From: Octopus vulgaris
Lineage: Eukaryota
DNA: 64,000 bases
Direction: 5' to 3'
Assembly (NCBI GenBank): GCA_951406725.2
Contig: OX597814.1
Coordinates: 112,282,001 to 112,346,000 of the forward strand
The position numbers were made by a program, and so were the translations under genes. Below the pieces are notes generated by a model. It was not told where the DNA came from. It did not search any database and worked only from the letters and a program-made list of their open reading frames with translations. Shown here piece after piece: positions 12,156 to 24,801 of this stretch; position 1 is the stretch's first letter; the number at the start of each line of letters is the position of its first letter.

Positions 12156-12656
12156 AACAATTGAGGGTAAAATTAATTAATTAATCAATTTCACCAAGTG
12201 TTCAGTATGTAAAAGGACCATTTAAGGCGAATTCAAAATATTACATTATATAATTAGGGCTTAGTAAAATAAATTACTTTGCCACATACTGAACTTAGTA
12301 GAAATAGCAGCCAAAAAAAATTTTTCTTACCATTTCTACTACTTAAAGAAAATTTCTCCCAGATAATGTTTACTCCAGACAGCTCACGAAGGTTTGGGGG
12401 TAAATACAGAAAAATATCACAAGTACATAGATCGTTTGAGTACGTCAACGTTTCAAGATTAGCCAAATAAATCAGCATTTCTTTCGTCAGCTCAAAATTT
12501 CTTAATTTGGATTTGGAAACACTAAAAAGAAGGAACTTTACCTATCAGCGTACTTGTCGCTTCAGATGAACCACTCCAACTAAACAGTGTCAACAAATTC
12601 AAAATTTTGAATTTGTTCAGTATGTGGCAAAGTAATTTATTTTACTAAGCCCTAAT

Positions 12657-12663
<7 letters not shown>
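12156..12663 (-). mobile_element. Fold-back PLE-like element in (TA)n containing a hammerhead
   Basis: About 50-bp inverted repeat at 12245-12294 / 12614-12663; 26-nt perfect palindrome at the junction; about 90-nt unpaired tail; (TA)n on both flanks. Confidence 0.75.
12435..12496 (-). ncRNA. Canonical type I hammerhead ribozyme
   Basis: UUUGAG-CUGACGA-AAGA..GCUGA/UUGGC..UCUU-GAA-ACG(UUGA)CGU-A-CUCAAA: 6-bp stem I, intact core, GUA site. Confidence 0.9.
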
Positions 12664-12693
<30 letters not shown>

Positions 12694-12695
<2 letters not shown>

Positions 12696-12885
12696 GAATC
12701 CAAACAAAGACCATCAAACTAGAAAAAACAATAACGCGAGTATGTGGTACAAGTACTGTGTTATCAGACGCTCAGGAAAGGAAGGAAAGGGGATTTAACG
12801 TTTCGAGCAAAGCTCTTCTTCAGAAATAGAGGAAAGTCCAAAGGAAGGGAAAACGGAGGACGAAAATCGCCAACGATATATATAT
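12694..12885 (-). mobile_element. Short PLE-like pseudo-LTR fragment in (TA)n
   Basis: Carries a minimal hammerhead; a relative lies at 40600-40695; (TA)n flanks. Confidence 0.6.
12793..12827 (-). ncRNA. Minimal type I hammerhead ribozyme
   Basis: AUUU-CUGAAGA-A-GAGC(UUU)GCUC-GAAACGU-U-AAAU; vestigial palindromic stem III (ACGU), the form typical of Penelope-like elements. Confidence 0.8.
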
Positions 12886-13113
12886 ACATATATATATATG
12901 TGTGTGTGTGGAGTTTTCATCAGGGCTCCAACTAATAGGTATGCGTTCTGAGGGCTCAGATAGGTGTGCCACCAAACTTCCAGTTAGAACAGCCGTTGTG
13001 GTTGTGTGATTGTCTTGTTCCAAAACGGCCAAAGGTGGCATTCCTTTGAGTCACTAGGTATAGGTGAAAGCAGTGAGGAAAAGCATAGCTCAGTTGTTTG
13101 CCTTTCCTCACAC

Positions 13114-13184
<71 letters not shown>

Positions 13185-13296
13185 CGACTGTGCGTCTATT
13201 ATGACGTTTCAGTAGGCCAGGTGGGGAACCTATACGCCAAGGAAACCGGGAAACCGGCCCATATGAGCCAGATGTGGCTCGATAAGGAACAAAGAT

Positions 13297-13698
13297 ATTC
13301 TTTTCTACTCTAGGTACAAGGCCTGAAATTTTGGAAGAGGAGGCCAGTTGATTACATCGACCCTAGTGCGCAACAAGTACTTAATTTACCGACCCCGAAA
13401 GGATGAAAGGTAAAGTCGACCTCGGCGGAATTTGAACTCAGAACATAAAGACAGACGAAATACCTATTTCTTTAATACCCACAAGGGGCTAAACACAGAG
13501 AGGACAAACAAGGACAGACAAATGGATTAAGTCGATTATATCGACCCCAGTGCGTAACTGGTACTTATTTAATCGACCTCGAAAGGATGAAAGCCAAAAT
13601 CGACCTCGGCGGAATTTGAACTCAGAACGTAACGGCAGACGAAATGCCGCTCAGCATTCCGCCCGGAGTGCTAACGTTTCTGCCAGCTCGCCGCCTTA
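13297..13698 (-). mobile_element. SINE C dimer (complete tail-1 copy fused to a headless tail-2 copy)
   Basis: Junction AAAGAAATA|GGTATTTCGTCTG, identical to that in 45467-45866. Confidence 0.88.
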
Positions 13699-13920
13699 TA
13701 TTCCTTGAATATTTTGTGTATGCTGTATGAAGTTCAATGAAGCGAAACCAGGATCTACCTACTGAAACAAGTACCGTGAAATTGTTTATATTCAGCAATA
13801 ACTATTTTTTATGTTCCCTATTATTCGATGTGGTTTGCCAGATCTGGATTATAACAGAACGCTAATAAGATATCTCTCTGGATTCAAATAAATCCCTATT
13901 CCTTTATGTAATTGATTTAG

Positions 13921-13974
<54 letters not shown>

Positions 13975-14019
13975 GTCTGTCTGTCTGTGTCTGTCTGTCT
14001 GCCTGCCTGTCTGTCTATC

Positions 14020-14310
14020 GACAAAAATCGAACTGAGGACACATAACAACATTACGGCACAATTAATTTACCTCAACCAATCCAGCTCTCTTTAATATCA
14101 TACCAAAATACGTCAAAACGGAAACGGATCCCATAAAATTCAAAAGCTCACTGGGCAAATTTCTTCAAAAAATCTCGAACCAACTCCCTGCACCCGGATA
14201 TGTCTCCAACAACAATAACTCTTTGCTAGAGTGGGCCATATATTACTAAAAGACTTCACCAAGTTAGACATGGCCTGGGCTTCTACTGGCCGAAATTTAT
14301 CAAAGTTATC
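14020..14310 (+). pseudogene. CR1-clade LINE 3' end in (TATC)n
   Basis: TLRHN*FTSTNPALFNIIPKYVK..FKSSLGKFLQKISNQLPAPGY..NSLLEW, matching the CR1 C-terminus LFN.LP..FK..LD.FL; short UTR, then TATC repeats. Confidence 0.8.
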
Positions 14311-14427
14311 TATCTATCTATCTAAATTAAACACATACACACACGCATATACATACATACATACATACATACATATGTATACTTTGATACACATATAAAA
14401 TTTAACAAGCTATCTATCTATATATAA

Positions 14428-14502
<75 letters not shown>

Positions 14503-15140
14503 ACACACACCTATGTGGTTTCTTTTGAAAACTTCTTTTCATAATTCTTACAAAGAGTCAAGCGACGACAGATTTATTTTATTTTTGTTTTTCTTTTATT
14601 ATTGTCACTTGTAAGATGTGTCGTTGGTCGATACGGGGCTGTGGTGAGAGGGTTCCACAGTAACAAAGTGCTTGACATGAGAGACAATTGTGATAGTGGG
14701 GGAGGGCCAAGACAGGCGACGAACAGACAGCCAGATAGAGGAACCCCTGTCACAGCTGTCATTCGGAGTTTGTTGCTCCAACCGCTGTCATTGGGGTGAC
14801 TGATTGTCTCAAGGCGAGATTTAAAGCGGCTGCTTCACTACTGAGCCCAGTCGCACACACACACACACACCGAAGAACACTAACACTTAAACGCACGCAC
14901 GAACACACATACACACTCACACGCGCGCACACACGAACACACGTATGGACAAGCATTCTCACGCACAACCAAATGTGGAAAATACATGGAAACACGCGTA
15001 AGAAATGCACAATGTTTTTAGACGCACACACCTTTTGAACACACATTAATTTAATTACACACACACACACACACACACACACTTATGCAAGCACGCACAT
15101 GCTTTCATAGGTACACGTATCCATTTTGGTACAAGGCCAG

Positions 15141-16141
15141 GGATCTTTTCATTTGTGAGGCCAGTTTTTTCAAATTTTTCCTACTGAACCAAACAATTTG
15201 AAACTTCGCATACTGGTAGAATGTGTCAAAAGTAAACTTAATTGTAAACCAGAATGAAAACGGAATTGTAACTTCTAAGTTTAACATTGTTTAATAATTA
15301 GAATTTTAACCAATGGTATTCCGTCTTTCGGCTTCATATTATTTACTCCGTCTCGACCACCAATTTGGTGACGTAGTAAACATATGGTATGTAAACAAAT
15401 GTAAACAAAACAATAACGATGAAATTTTTTACTCGGTGTATGTGTATATGTATGAATGTATGTATGAATGTATGTATGTATGTGTGTATGTATCTATGTA
15501 TGTGTGTGTGTGTATGTGTGTGTATGTATGTGTGTGTGTGTATGTATGTATGTATGGCCGATTCGGTGTTTAGTTTTTTCGAGTGAATACTCGGTGTATG
15601 TGTATCTGTATGTATGTGTGTGTGTGTATGTATCTATGTATGTATGTGTGTGTATGTATGTGTGTGTGTGTATCTATGTGTGTGTGTGTATGTATGTATG
15701 TGTGTGTGTATGTCACACATGGGATGTGAAATGTAAACAAAACGATGAAATTTTTTACTCGGTGTATGTGTATATGTATGCATGTGTGTGTGTGTGTATG
15801 TATCTATGTATGTGTGTGTGTGTGTGTATGTGTGTGTATGTATGTGTGTGTGTGTATGTATGTATGTATTAGCCTCAAATGTGCACAGTTGCCTACGTCA
15901 CAAAACTGCTTTCTACGTCACACTAACAGAATGCAGTAACGTATTAAATATGAAAACAAGCAATCTCATTGGTTAAAATTCGCAGTTTTAATCTACGATT
16001 AAAGTCATAAAATAGATTTTTCTCAAATAAACTAGTTCCAACTTGTGTCTTGTTTTGAAACACTGTACCAGCATACGAAGTTTCAAATTATTTAGTTAAG
16101 TAGAAAGGTCTGGGCTCCTGGCCACACAATTGAAAAGATCC
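15141..16141. mobile_element. 1-kb non-autonomous TIR transposon with GG termini and an 8-bp TSD (Merlin- or MULE-like)
   Basis: About 90-bp imperfect TIRs GGATCTTTTCAWTTGTGWGGCCAG; TSD AAGGCCAG at 15133-15140 and 16142-16149; splits an old SINE C; internal repeated unit with (TG)n. Confidence 0.85.
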
Positions 16142-16336
16142 AAGGCCAGCAATTTCGGGGAAGAAATAAGTTGATTACTGGTATTTATTTTATTGACCCC
16201 AAGAAAGATTTAAGGCAAAAATCAACTTCGGTACAACTTGAACTAAGAACGTAAAGACGGACGAAATGCCACTAAGCACTTTAACCGGCTTGCAAACGAT
16301 TCCAATGGATTGGATGAATATGAAATAAAGAGTCTA

Positions 16337-16495
16337 GGAGTGGCTGTGTGTTAAGTAGCTTCCTTACCAACCACATAGTTCCGGGTTCAGTCCCACTGCG
16401 TGGCACCTTGTGCAAGTGTCTTCTACTATAGCCTCGGTGCGACCAAACCCTTGTGAGTGGATTTGGTAGACGGAAACTGAAAGAAGCCCGTCGTA

Positions 16496-16556
<61 letters not shown>

Positions 16557-16778
16557 GTGTGTATATGTTTGTGTGTCTGTGTTTGTCCCCCACCCCAACA
16601 TCGCTTGACAACCGATGCTGGTGTGTTTACGTCCCCGTAACATAGTGGTTCGGCAAAAGAGACCGATAGAATAAGTACTAGGCTTACAAAGAATAAGTCC
16701 TGGGGTCGATTTGCTCGACTAAAGGCGGTGCTCCAGCATGGCCACAGTCACATGACTGAAACAAGTAAAAGAGTAAAA
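16337..16778 (+). mobile_element. SINE A, full length
   Basis: Near-consensus head, internal (TA)/(TATG) tract and tail. Confidence 0.92.
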
Positions 16779-16859
16779 ATAGTCTCGCAAAACACGCTGC
16801 CGGGGATCGACCATACGACGGTGAGCCAAATACTGTAACTACTAAGGCACGCGCCTTCA

Positions 16860-17270
16860 TACAGTTATCTATATAGTATTATAGAACAACAGAATATTGT
16901 AATGTTGTTGCTTTAGATAAAACCGCAGAACAGTACAGAGTTAGAGGAGGTTACTGTGCTAGAGATAAAGGCCAAGAGAAAACACAACAGAACGTTGTTT
17001 TACACAACAGAACGTTGTAGAGTTATCTCTAACACAACCGAAAACATAATGTTGTGTAACACTACAATGTTATTATCTATAGTGTTACTCAGTGATGCGC
17101 AAATTGCAGCCCGTGGGACTTTCTGAATAGCACACTCTTGAATTGTTTTAGTAGTGCGGCTCGGTTAATGATGATCCATGTCTCGTGTAGCCCGCTTCTT
17201 GAAAAAAGTTGCCCATGTCTGGAGTTATCTCTAAAACAACACAAACTGTAGTGTTCGTGTTACGTGTAAT
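16860..17270. repeat. Degenerate tandem repeat (ACAACAGAACGTTGTAGAGTTATCTCTAA-like) with a small hAT-like MITE at 17090-17221
   Basis: Repeated motif variants; MITE ends cagtgatgcgcaaatt / aagttgcccatgtctg. Confidence 0.5.
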
Positions 17271-17272
17271 AT

Positions 17273-17747
17273 TGGTTTTATAATTAAGCACCAGGCTAGC
17301 AATTTTAGGGAGAAGTAGTTAAGTCGATTACATCGACCCCACTGGTGCTTATTTCATCGGCCCCGAAAAGATGGACGTCAAAATCGACTTCGGCGGAATT
17401 TGAACTCAGAACGTAAAGATACGAAATATCGCTAAAGCATTCTGCTCAGGGTGCTAACGATTCTTATTTCTTTATTGCCCACAAGGGGCTAAACATAGAG
17501 GGGACAAACAAGGACAGACAAAGGGATTAAGTCGATTACATCAACCCCAGTGCGTAACTAGTACTTAGTTTATCGACCCCGAAAGGATAAAAGGCAAAGT
17601 CGACCTCGGCGGAATTTGAACTCCGAACGTAACAGCGGACGAAATACCAAGGGGCTAAACGCAGAGGGGACAAACAAGGACAGACAAACGGATTAAGTCG
17701 ATAAGCATTTCGCCTGGCGTGCTAACGTTTCTGCCAGCTCGCCGCCT
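17273..17747 (-). mobile_element. SINE C three-part composite
   Basis: A tail fragment sits inside the head hairpin loop, followed by a full body and an older headless copy. Confidence 0.85.
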
Positions 17748-18046
17748 CTGTCTTAACAAAAATATTATAGTGTTCAGTGATGGAGCTGGAATGAGTGCCA
17801 CACGGGGCAGTACTTGAGTTTGCCGCCCAATTCTTCGAACCCTTAAGTCTATATACAGCTGATACACCAGGCCAAAAAGAGCCACCCCATGCAAAAAAGT
17901 ATCTCCTGTGGGAGAGCGGCTTTTCGTTCCGTTAATTAACTCCAGTATCTTTATAAGGTTACCTTGGTCCCTTTGTATGAGGCAAGTGTTTTCTACAATA
18001 GTCTTGTGAATGAATTTGGCATATAGTAACTGTGTAGAAGCCCGCG

Positions 18047-18088
<42 letters not shown>

Positions 18089-18094
<6 letters not shown>

Positions 18095-18287
18095 GACTAT
18101 ATGTATATACATATATATATATATATACATATGACTATATGTATATACATATATATATATATATATATGACTATATGTATATACATATATATATATATAT
18201 ATATATGACTATATGTATATACATATATATATATATATATGACTATATGTATATACATATATATATATATATATATATGACTATATG

Positions 18288-18328
<41 letters not shown>

Positions 18329-18360
18329 CTATATGTATATACATATATATATATATATAT
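18089..18360. repeat. Minisatellite, unit GACTATATGTATATAC(AT)n, 7 copies
   Basis: Seen directly; fixed core with a variable (AT)n spacer. Confidence 0.9.
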
Positions 18361-18744
18361 ATACACACACATACATGCACATATATACCTGCATACATAT
18401 ACATATGTAGACATACATACATACACACATACATAAATATGGATACAGTATGTGTGTGTATGTATGTAATGTAATATACGTTTGTATGCGTGTATATATA
18501 TATATATATACCCATATATATGGATATGTTGATAAGACATTTTGCGTTATGGACATGTTTGCACATATACACACGCGCATACAATCATATATACACAAAA
18601 ATATCCCATAAAACACACTGTAAGTAAACTTAGAGAGTGTTTTATAACATACATATACATACATTCATATACATGCATGTATATACATATATGCATACAT
18701 GCATACATGGACACACACACACAGACACACATGTTTTTTTAATT

Positions 18745-19113
18745 TTTTGTTTGTTTCAGTCTTTTGACTGCGGCCATGCTGGAGCACCGCCTTTCGTCGA
18801 ACAAATCGACGCCAGGACTTATTTAGTAGTTATTCTATTGGCTTTTTTGGCCGAACCGCTAACTTACAGATACGTAAACACACCAGCATCGGTTGTCAAA
18901 TGATAGTGAGGGGACAAGTACAGACATATAAACACACACACGCACACACACATAAATACGACGGGCTTCTTTCAGTTTCCGTCTGCCAAATCCACTCACA
19001 AGGCTTCGGTCGGCCTGATCCTATAGTAGAAGACACTTGCCTAAGGTGCAACGCAGTGGGACTGAACCCAGAAGCATGTGGCTGGTCAGCAAGATACATG
19101 CCATACAGCCACT
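18745..19113 (-). mobile_element. SINE A
   Basis: Homology to 1027-1428. Confidence 0.88.
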
Positions 19114-19534
19114 CTATGATTATACAATGCCACCCACATGAGTACCGCTTCCTACATGAATGTAAGGAATCTAAAGATTTTCAAATTTATTACAATAAAT
19201 GCTAAAAGGAAACTAGACTTTAATATTTCATTTTCATGAGAAACTGCTGTCAGACCCCCCCCCCCAAAAAAAAGAAGAACAAAATACAGGGTGGGGTCCA
19301 TAGGTCTGTTGCCTACTTCTTTTAATATGCTTTACCATTTTTGAACTTTGCAGACACTGTCTCTTGTTTATGGATTTACAACTAATATGCACGTGTCTAT
19401 GCAATTATACATGTGCCTATATATATATATATATTGCGCCTATATATATATATATATATAAACATATATATATATGTATGCATGTATTTATGCATGTGTA
19501 GTTACATATATCACACATACATGCATACATGCAT

Positions 19535-20117
19535 TCTTTTTTCTTTTACTTGTTTCAGTCATTTGACTGTGGCCATGCAGGAGCATCGCCTTTAGTCTAA
19601 CAAATCGACCCACAGGACTTATTCTTTGAAACCCTAGTGGAAGCACTCCGTCGGTTACGACGATGAGGGTTCCGGTTGATCCGAATCAACGGAACAGCCT
19701 GCTCGTGAAATTAACGTGTAAGTGGCTGAGCACTCCACAGACACGTGCACCCTTAACGTAGTTCTCGGGGATATTCAGCGTGACACAGAGAGTGACAAGG
19801 CCGGCCCCTTGAAATACAGGTACAACAGAAATAAGAAGTAAGAGTGAGAGAAAGTTGTGGTGAAAGAGTACAGCAGGGATTACTACCCCCTGCCGGAGCT
19901 TCGTGGAGCTTTTTTATGTGTTTTCGCTCAATAAACACTCACAACGCCCGGTCTGGGAATCGAAACCGCGATCCTATGACTGCGAGTCCGCTGCCCTAAC
20001 CACTGGGCCATTGCGCCCCCTGGAAGCCTAGTACTTATTCTATCAGTCACTTTTGCTGATTGGCTAAGTTACGTGAACGTAAACATACTAACATCGGATG
20101 TCTGGGAGGACAAACAG

Positions 20118-20167
<50 letters not shown>

Positions 20168-20300
20168 GACGGGCTTCTTTCAGTTTCCGTCTACCAAATC
20201 CACTCACAAGGCTTTGGTTAGCCCGAAACTATTGTAGAAGACACTTACCCAAGGTAAGTATCTCCATTTAGCTGGGAAGCCGGCTTCTTATCATACAATC
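19535..20300 (-). mobile_element. SINE A interrupted by SINE B
   Basis: Host sequence resumes after 20020 with a duplicated CCTAGT-containing target. Confidence 0.85.
19639..20020 (-). mobile_element. SINE B, tail type I
   Basis: Tail ends in two hairpins, TTCCGTTGATTCGGATCAACCGGAA and TCGTCGTAACCGACGGAG. Confidence 0.9.
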
Positions 20301-20301
20301 A

Positions 20302-20364
<63 letters not shown>

Positions 20365-20635
20365 GATACCTATATGTGTGTGTGTGTGTGTCTGTGTCTG
20401 TGTGTGTGTCTCCGTGTGTCTGTATTTATATGTATTATTACTCCCACATTGACTTCGCTCTGGTCTTTCTGTTGCGTTTTGCAAGTTATGCAAGTCTTGT
20501 TGATCAGACAACCATCAGTCTACTTACAGTGGGTTTTATGAGATATATATGTGTATATATATATATGATCGTATGTGCGTGTGTATATGCATATGTATGT
20601 AAATATGTATGCATATATATATATACACACACACA

Positions 20636-20673
<38 letters not shown>

Positions 20674-20811
20674 CATACATACATACATACATAGATATGT
20701 ACACATATATCGTTATATATTTAAAGATATACAGACATGTACATATATGCATATATTTTGATATATACATAACATGCAGATGAACACATACATGCATATT
20801 CGCAGATAGAC

Positions 20812-20891
<80 letters not shown>

Positions 20892-21312
20892 CTTTTAAGT
20901 TCGTTTGCGGGTAATGCTTTTGAATATGCGTTTAGATGCTCCTATTCTTTTCTGCCTGCTACGGCCGAATGATGCCAACTGGCAACACAAGGTTTGGGGG
21001 TTCGCACCGAGATGCGCCGATATAATTTAGGATAAATATGGTAAGAACAATAGTAACCCTTGGATGGAATTTAGAAATAATTATGAATTCCATCCAAGAA
21101 TTATTATTATTATTACTATATATATATATATATATGTATACACATGCATACATATACCTATATATATATACACATATATATATATATACATACATATTCA
21201 TACATATATATGTATATATACATGCATACATATACATACATATATATGTATATATACATGCATACATATACATATATATAGACTACACACACATATATAT
21301 ATATACTACACT

Positions 21313-21348
<36 letters not shown>

Positions 21349-21870
21349 CATACGTATATATATATATTAATACACATTAATATTCGTACATATATATATA
21401 CGCATATATCTACATACATATACATGCATTTATATATATATATGCATACACACACATATATACATATAGAGATATATCTATACACACACACACACATATG
21501 TACACTATATATATATATGCATATATATACAAATATTTATACGTAAATAAGTGCATATATATATATATATTGAAAGAGGGAGAGCTAGAGTGAGAGAGAT
21601 AGAGAGAGAGCATTTGAATGTATACATAGTATATATAAAACATTCTATTTCCATTCTATTTCTGTGGAAGCTGCAGTGTATTTTCTCTTCTCAACAAATT
21701 TATTCTCCCATCAACCGTTTTGACGTTTTTAATGATCGCTTCCATAAACACTGGCGCCGGGAACAATAGTTGATAATCAAATTTTTGTCTTCTTTAACAG
21801 ATATCTATGATAATTACAATATACGAAACATTATTATCATAAATACACAATACGTTATAAGATGAAATCA

Positions 21871-21932
<62 letters not shown>

Positions 21933-22698
21933 TGTCTGTGTTTGTGTCTGTGTTTGTCTCGCCAGCCACTTGAAAACCGGTGATGGTGTGTTTACGCCCC
22001 CGTAACTTGCGGTTTGGCAAAAGAGACCGCTGCAATAAATACCAGGCTTCAAAAATGATTTGTACCGGGGTCGATTCGTTCGACTCAAAACTCTTCAGTG
22101 GGGTGCTCCAGCATGACCGCATTCTAAATGATTGAAACAAGTAAAAGATAAAAGATAACGCATTTCTCCGTTGCTCTACCGATTCTAAACGCTAATATGA
22201 TTCTAATATTTACCTCTAAATTCTAACAAAAGAAAATTCAGATTTGGGGGAAGCAGCGATTCTAGAAACTCCCTGCCTTCATTGTGGCAGGTACAACTTA
22301 CCTGGTCTTACTATGGCAAAGTCATATATATATATATATATATCCTTTCTTTCTCAATATTTCATCTGCCAAATATGGAATTTCCTCGTCTTTTAAATTA
22401 TTTCATTCATTTTTCTCAATCAACCAATCAAACAAGACTAATATATTCAGACGGTCTGAAATTCACCGATTCTTTTCTACAAACTCATACAGCCATGTAT
22501 GTATGTGTATAAACATAAATGTAAATAAATACATACACACACACACATGCATATAAATGCGCGCACACACACACACAGATACACACATATATGTGTGTGT
22601 ACACACACACACACACACGCATATGTACACTAGCATACACTCACAGAAATATTATATACATAAGGATTTACGAATCTGAGAGTAGAAATGATGTCGTT

Positions 22699-22792
<94 letters not shown>

Positions 22793-22793
<1 letters not shown>

Positions 22794-23010
22794 AGGCGGT
22801 GAGCTGGCAGAATCGTTAGGGCGCTGGAGGAAATGCTGGGCGGTATTTCGCCCGTCGCTACGTTCTGAGTTCAAATTCTGCCGAGACTAGGTTGATTTTG
22901 CCTTTCACCCATTCGGGGTTGATAAATTAAGTACCAGTTGTGTACTGGGTCGATCTAATCGACTGGCCTCTTCCCACAAAATTTCAGGCCTTGTGCCTTT
23001 AGTAGAAAGG
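22793..23010 (+). mobile_element. SINE C (tail 2) between (AAT)/(ATT) tracts
   Basis: Homology to other C copies. Confidence 0.85.
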
Positions 23011-23038
23011 ATTATTGTTATTATTATTATTATTATTA

Positions 23039-23078
<40 letters not shown>

Positions 23079-23206
23079 CTGTAGTTTCTTAAATGGTGAT
23101 TCAGAATGAAAATCAGAGTAACAGCTCAAAGATAGTTGTGCGTGTGTTACGTATGTAGACTTATGTATATTCGTGCGCATGCGTATGTATATAAGTATGA
23201 TATATA

Positions 23207-23543
23207 GGAAGCTTTCTTCCCAACCACATGGTTCCGGGTTCAGTCCTACTGCGTGGCACCTTGGGCTACTGTCTTCTATAAGCCTTGGGCCGACCAAAGC
23301 CTTATGAGTGGATTTGGTAGGTGGAAACTGAAAGAAGCCCGTCACATATATGTGTGTGTGTTTGTCCCCCAACCATCGCTTGGTGTGCATACGTCCCAGT
23401 ACCCTAGCGGTTCAGCAAAAGAGACGGATAGAATAAGTGCAAAGCTTGCAAATAGCAAGTCCTGGGGTCGATTTGTTCGACTAAAAGGCGTTGCACCAGC
23501 ATGGCTGCAATCAGTTGACTGAAACAAGTAAATGAATAAAAGA

Positions 23544-23545
<2 letters not shown>
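23207..23545 (+). mobile_element. SINE A
   Basis: Homology to 16337-16778. Confidence 0.85.
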
Positions 23546-23591
<46 letters not shown>

Positions 23592-23592
23592 T

Positions 23593-23660
<68 letters not shown>

Positions 23661-24300
23661 CAAACAGATATGTATGTGTGTGGTGTAGCTGCTGGTTTGT
23701 AAAAGGTAAAACGTTCGAGAAGTATGCAGAATTTGTTATTACTTTGTTTGTAAAATTAATTAATTCCGAATACCTAAAGGTTTCGTGCGTTTCTTTGTAA
23801 CAGATTTACCTGAGACTTTTACGGTTGACTAACGTGAAAAAAAAAAATCCATGAAAGCTGTGGATTATTAACAAATAATGCGGTGTGTAAACTCTTTCAG
23901 TCTATCAGAATCTCCTTCTTTCTTCTCACTTCTACCTCCACTCCCACACACAATTTCACTCGCTCTTTCTGTATTTATTTGTAGACATAACACTATTGGT
24001 TCTCAACAAGGGTTCATCTAACCCTTGGCGATCCATATGGCCCTTAAGGGCCCATATACTCCTTGGGGTCCGCATAAGATTTTGATGTTAATATTTATGA
24101 GCAATAAATTCGTTAAACTTCTACAAAACACAAAATATTTTAACAATTGTTTTTTAATACAATAATAATGTCATAGGTAAAAATAGTGGACGAGAGCCAC
24201 TACGTTACACTTATATGCATGTATGCATTCGTATATACATACATACATACATACTGTATATGTGTGTATACATACATATATACATACTGTATATGTGTGT

Positions 24301-24352
<52 letters not shown>

Positions 24353-24396
24353 ATTTGTTTCAGTCATTTGATTAATCTTGAGATTGCTCCAATCTG

Positions 24397-24471
<75 letters not shown>

Positions 24472-24764
24472 ATGTATATATATATATATATATATATTAT
24501 TAATATTATCCCTATTTTTAAAATTATCTGTATCACCTGTATTATTTTCTTTTATTACAAATTTTTTTGCTTTAAAAAGGAAAAAAAAAAGATTTTATCC
24601 TTTATATATATATATATACTGTTCAGTATTTACGTGGTGAATAAAATTTATCTTTCTACTTTATCTACAATACATTTCAACGCTTCGAAAACAAACTTTT
24701 TGTTTACATACGGCGTATATATATACACACAGATAGATGTATGTTTTTAGGTGTGTGTGTGTGT

Positions 24765-24801
<37 letters not shown>

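Noticed and set aside
22701-22790. (AAT)n followed by (ATT)n forming a palindrome
   Set aside because: Simple-repeat juxtaposition with no further structure.
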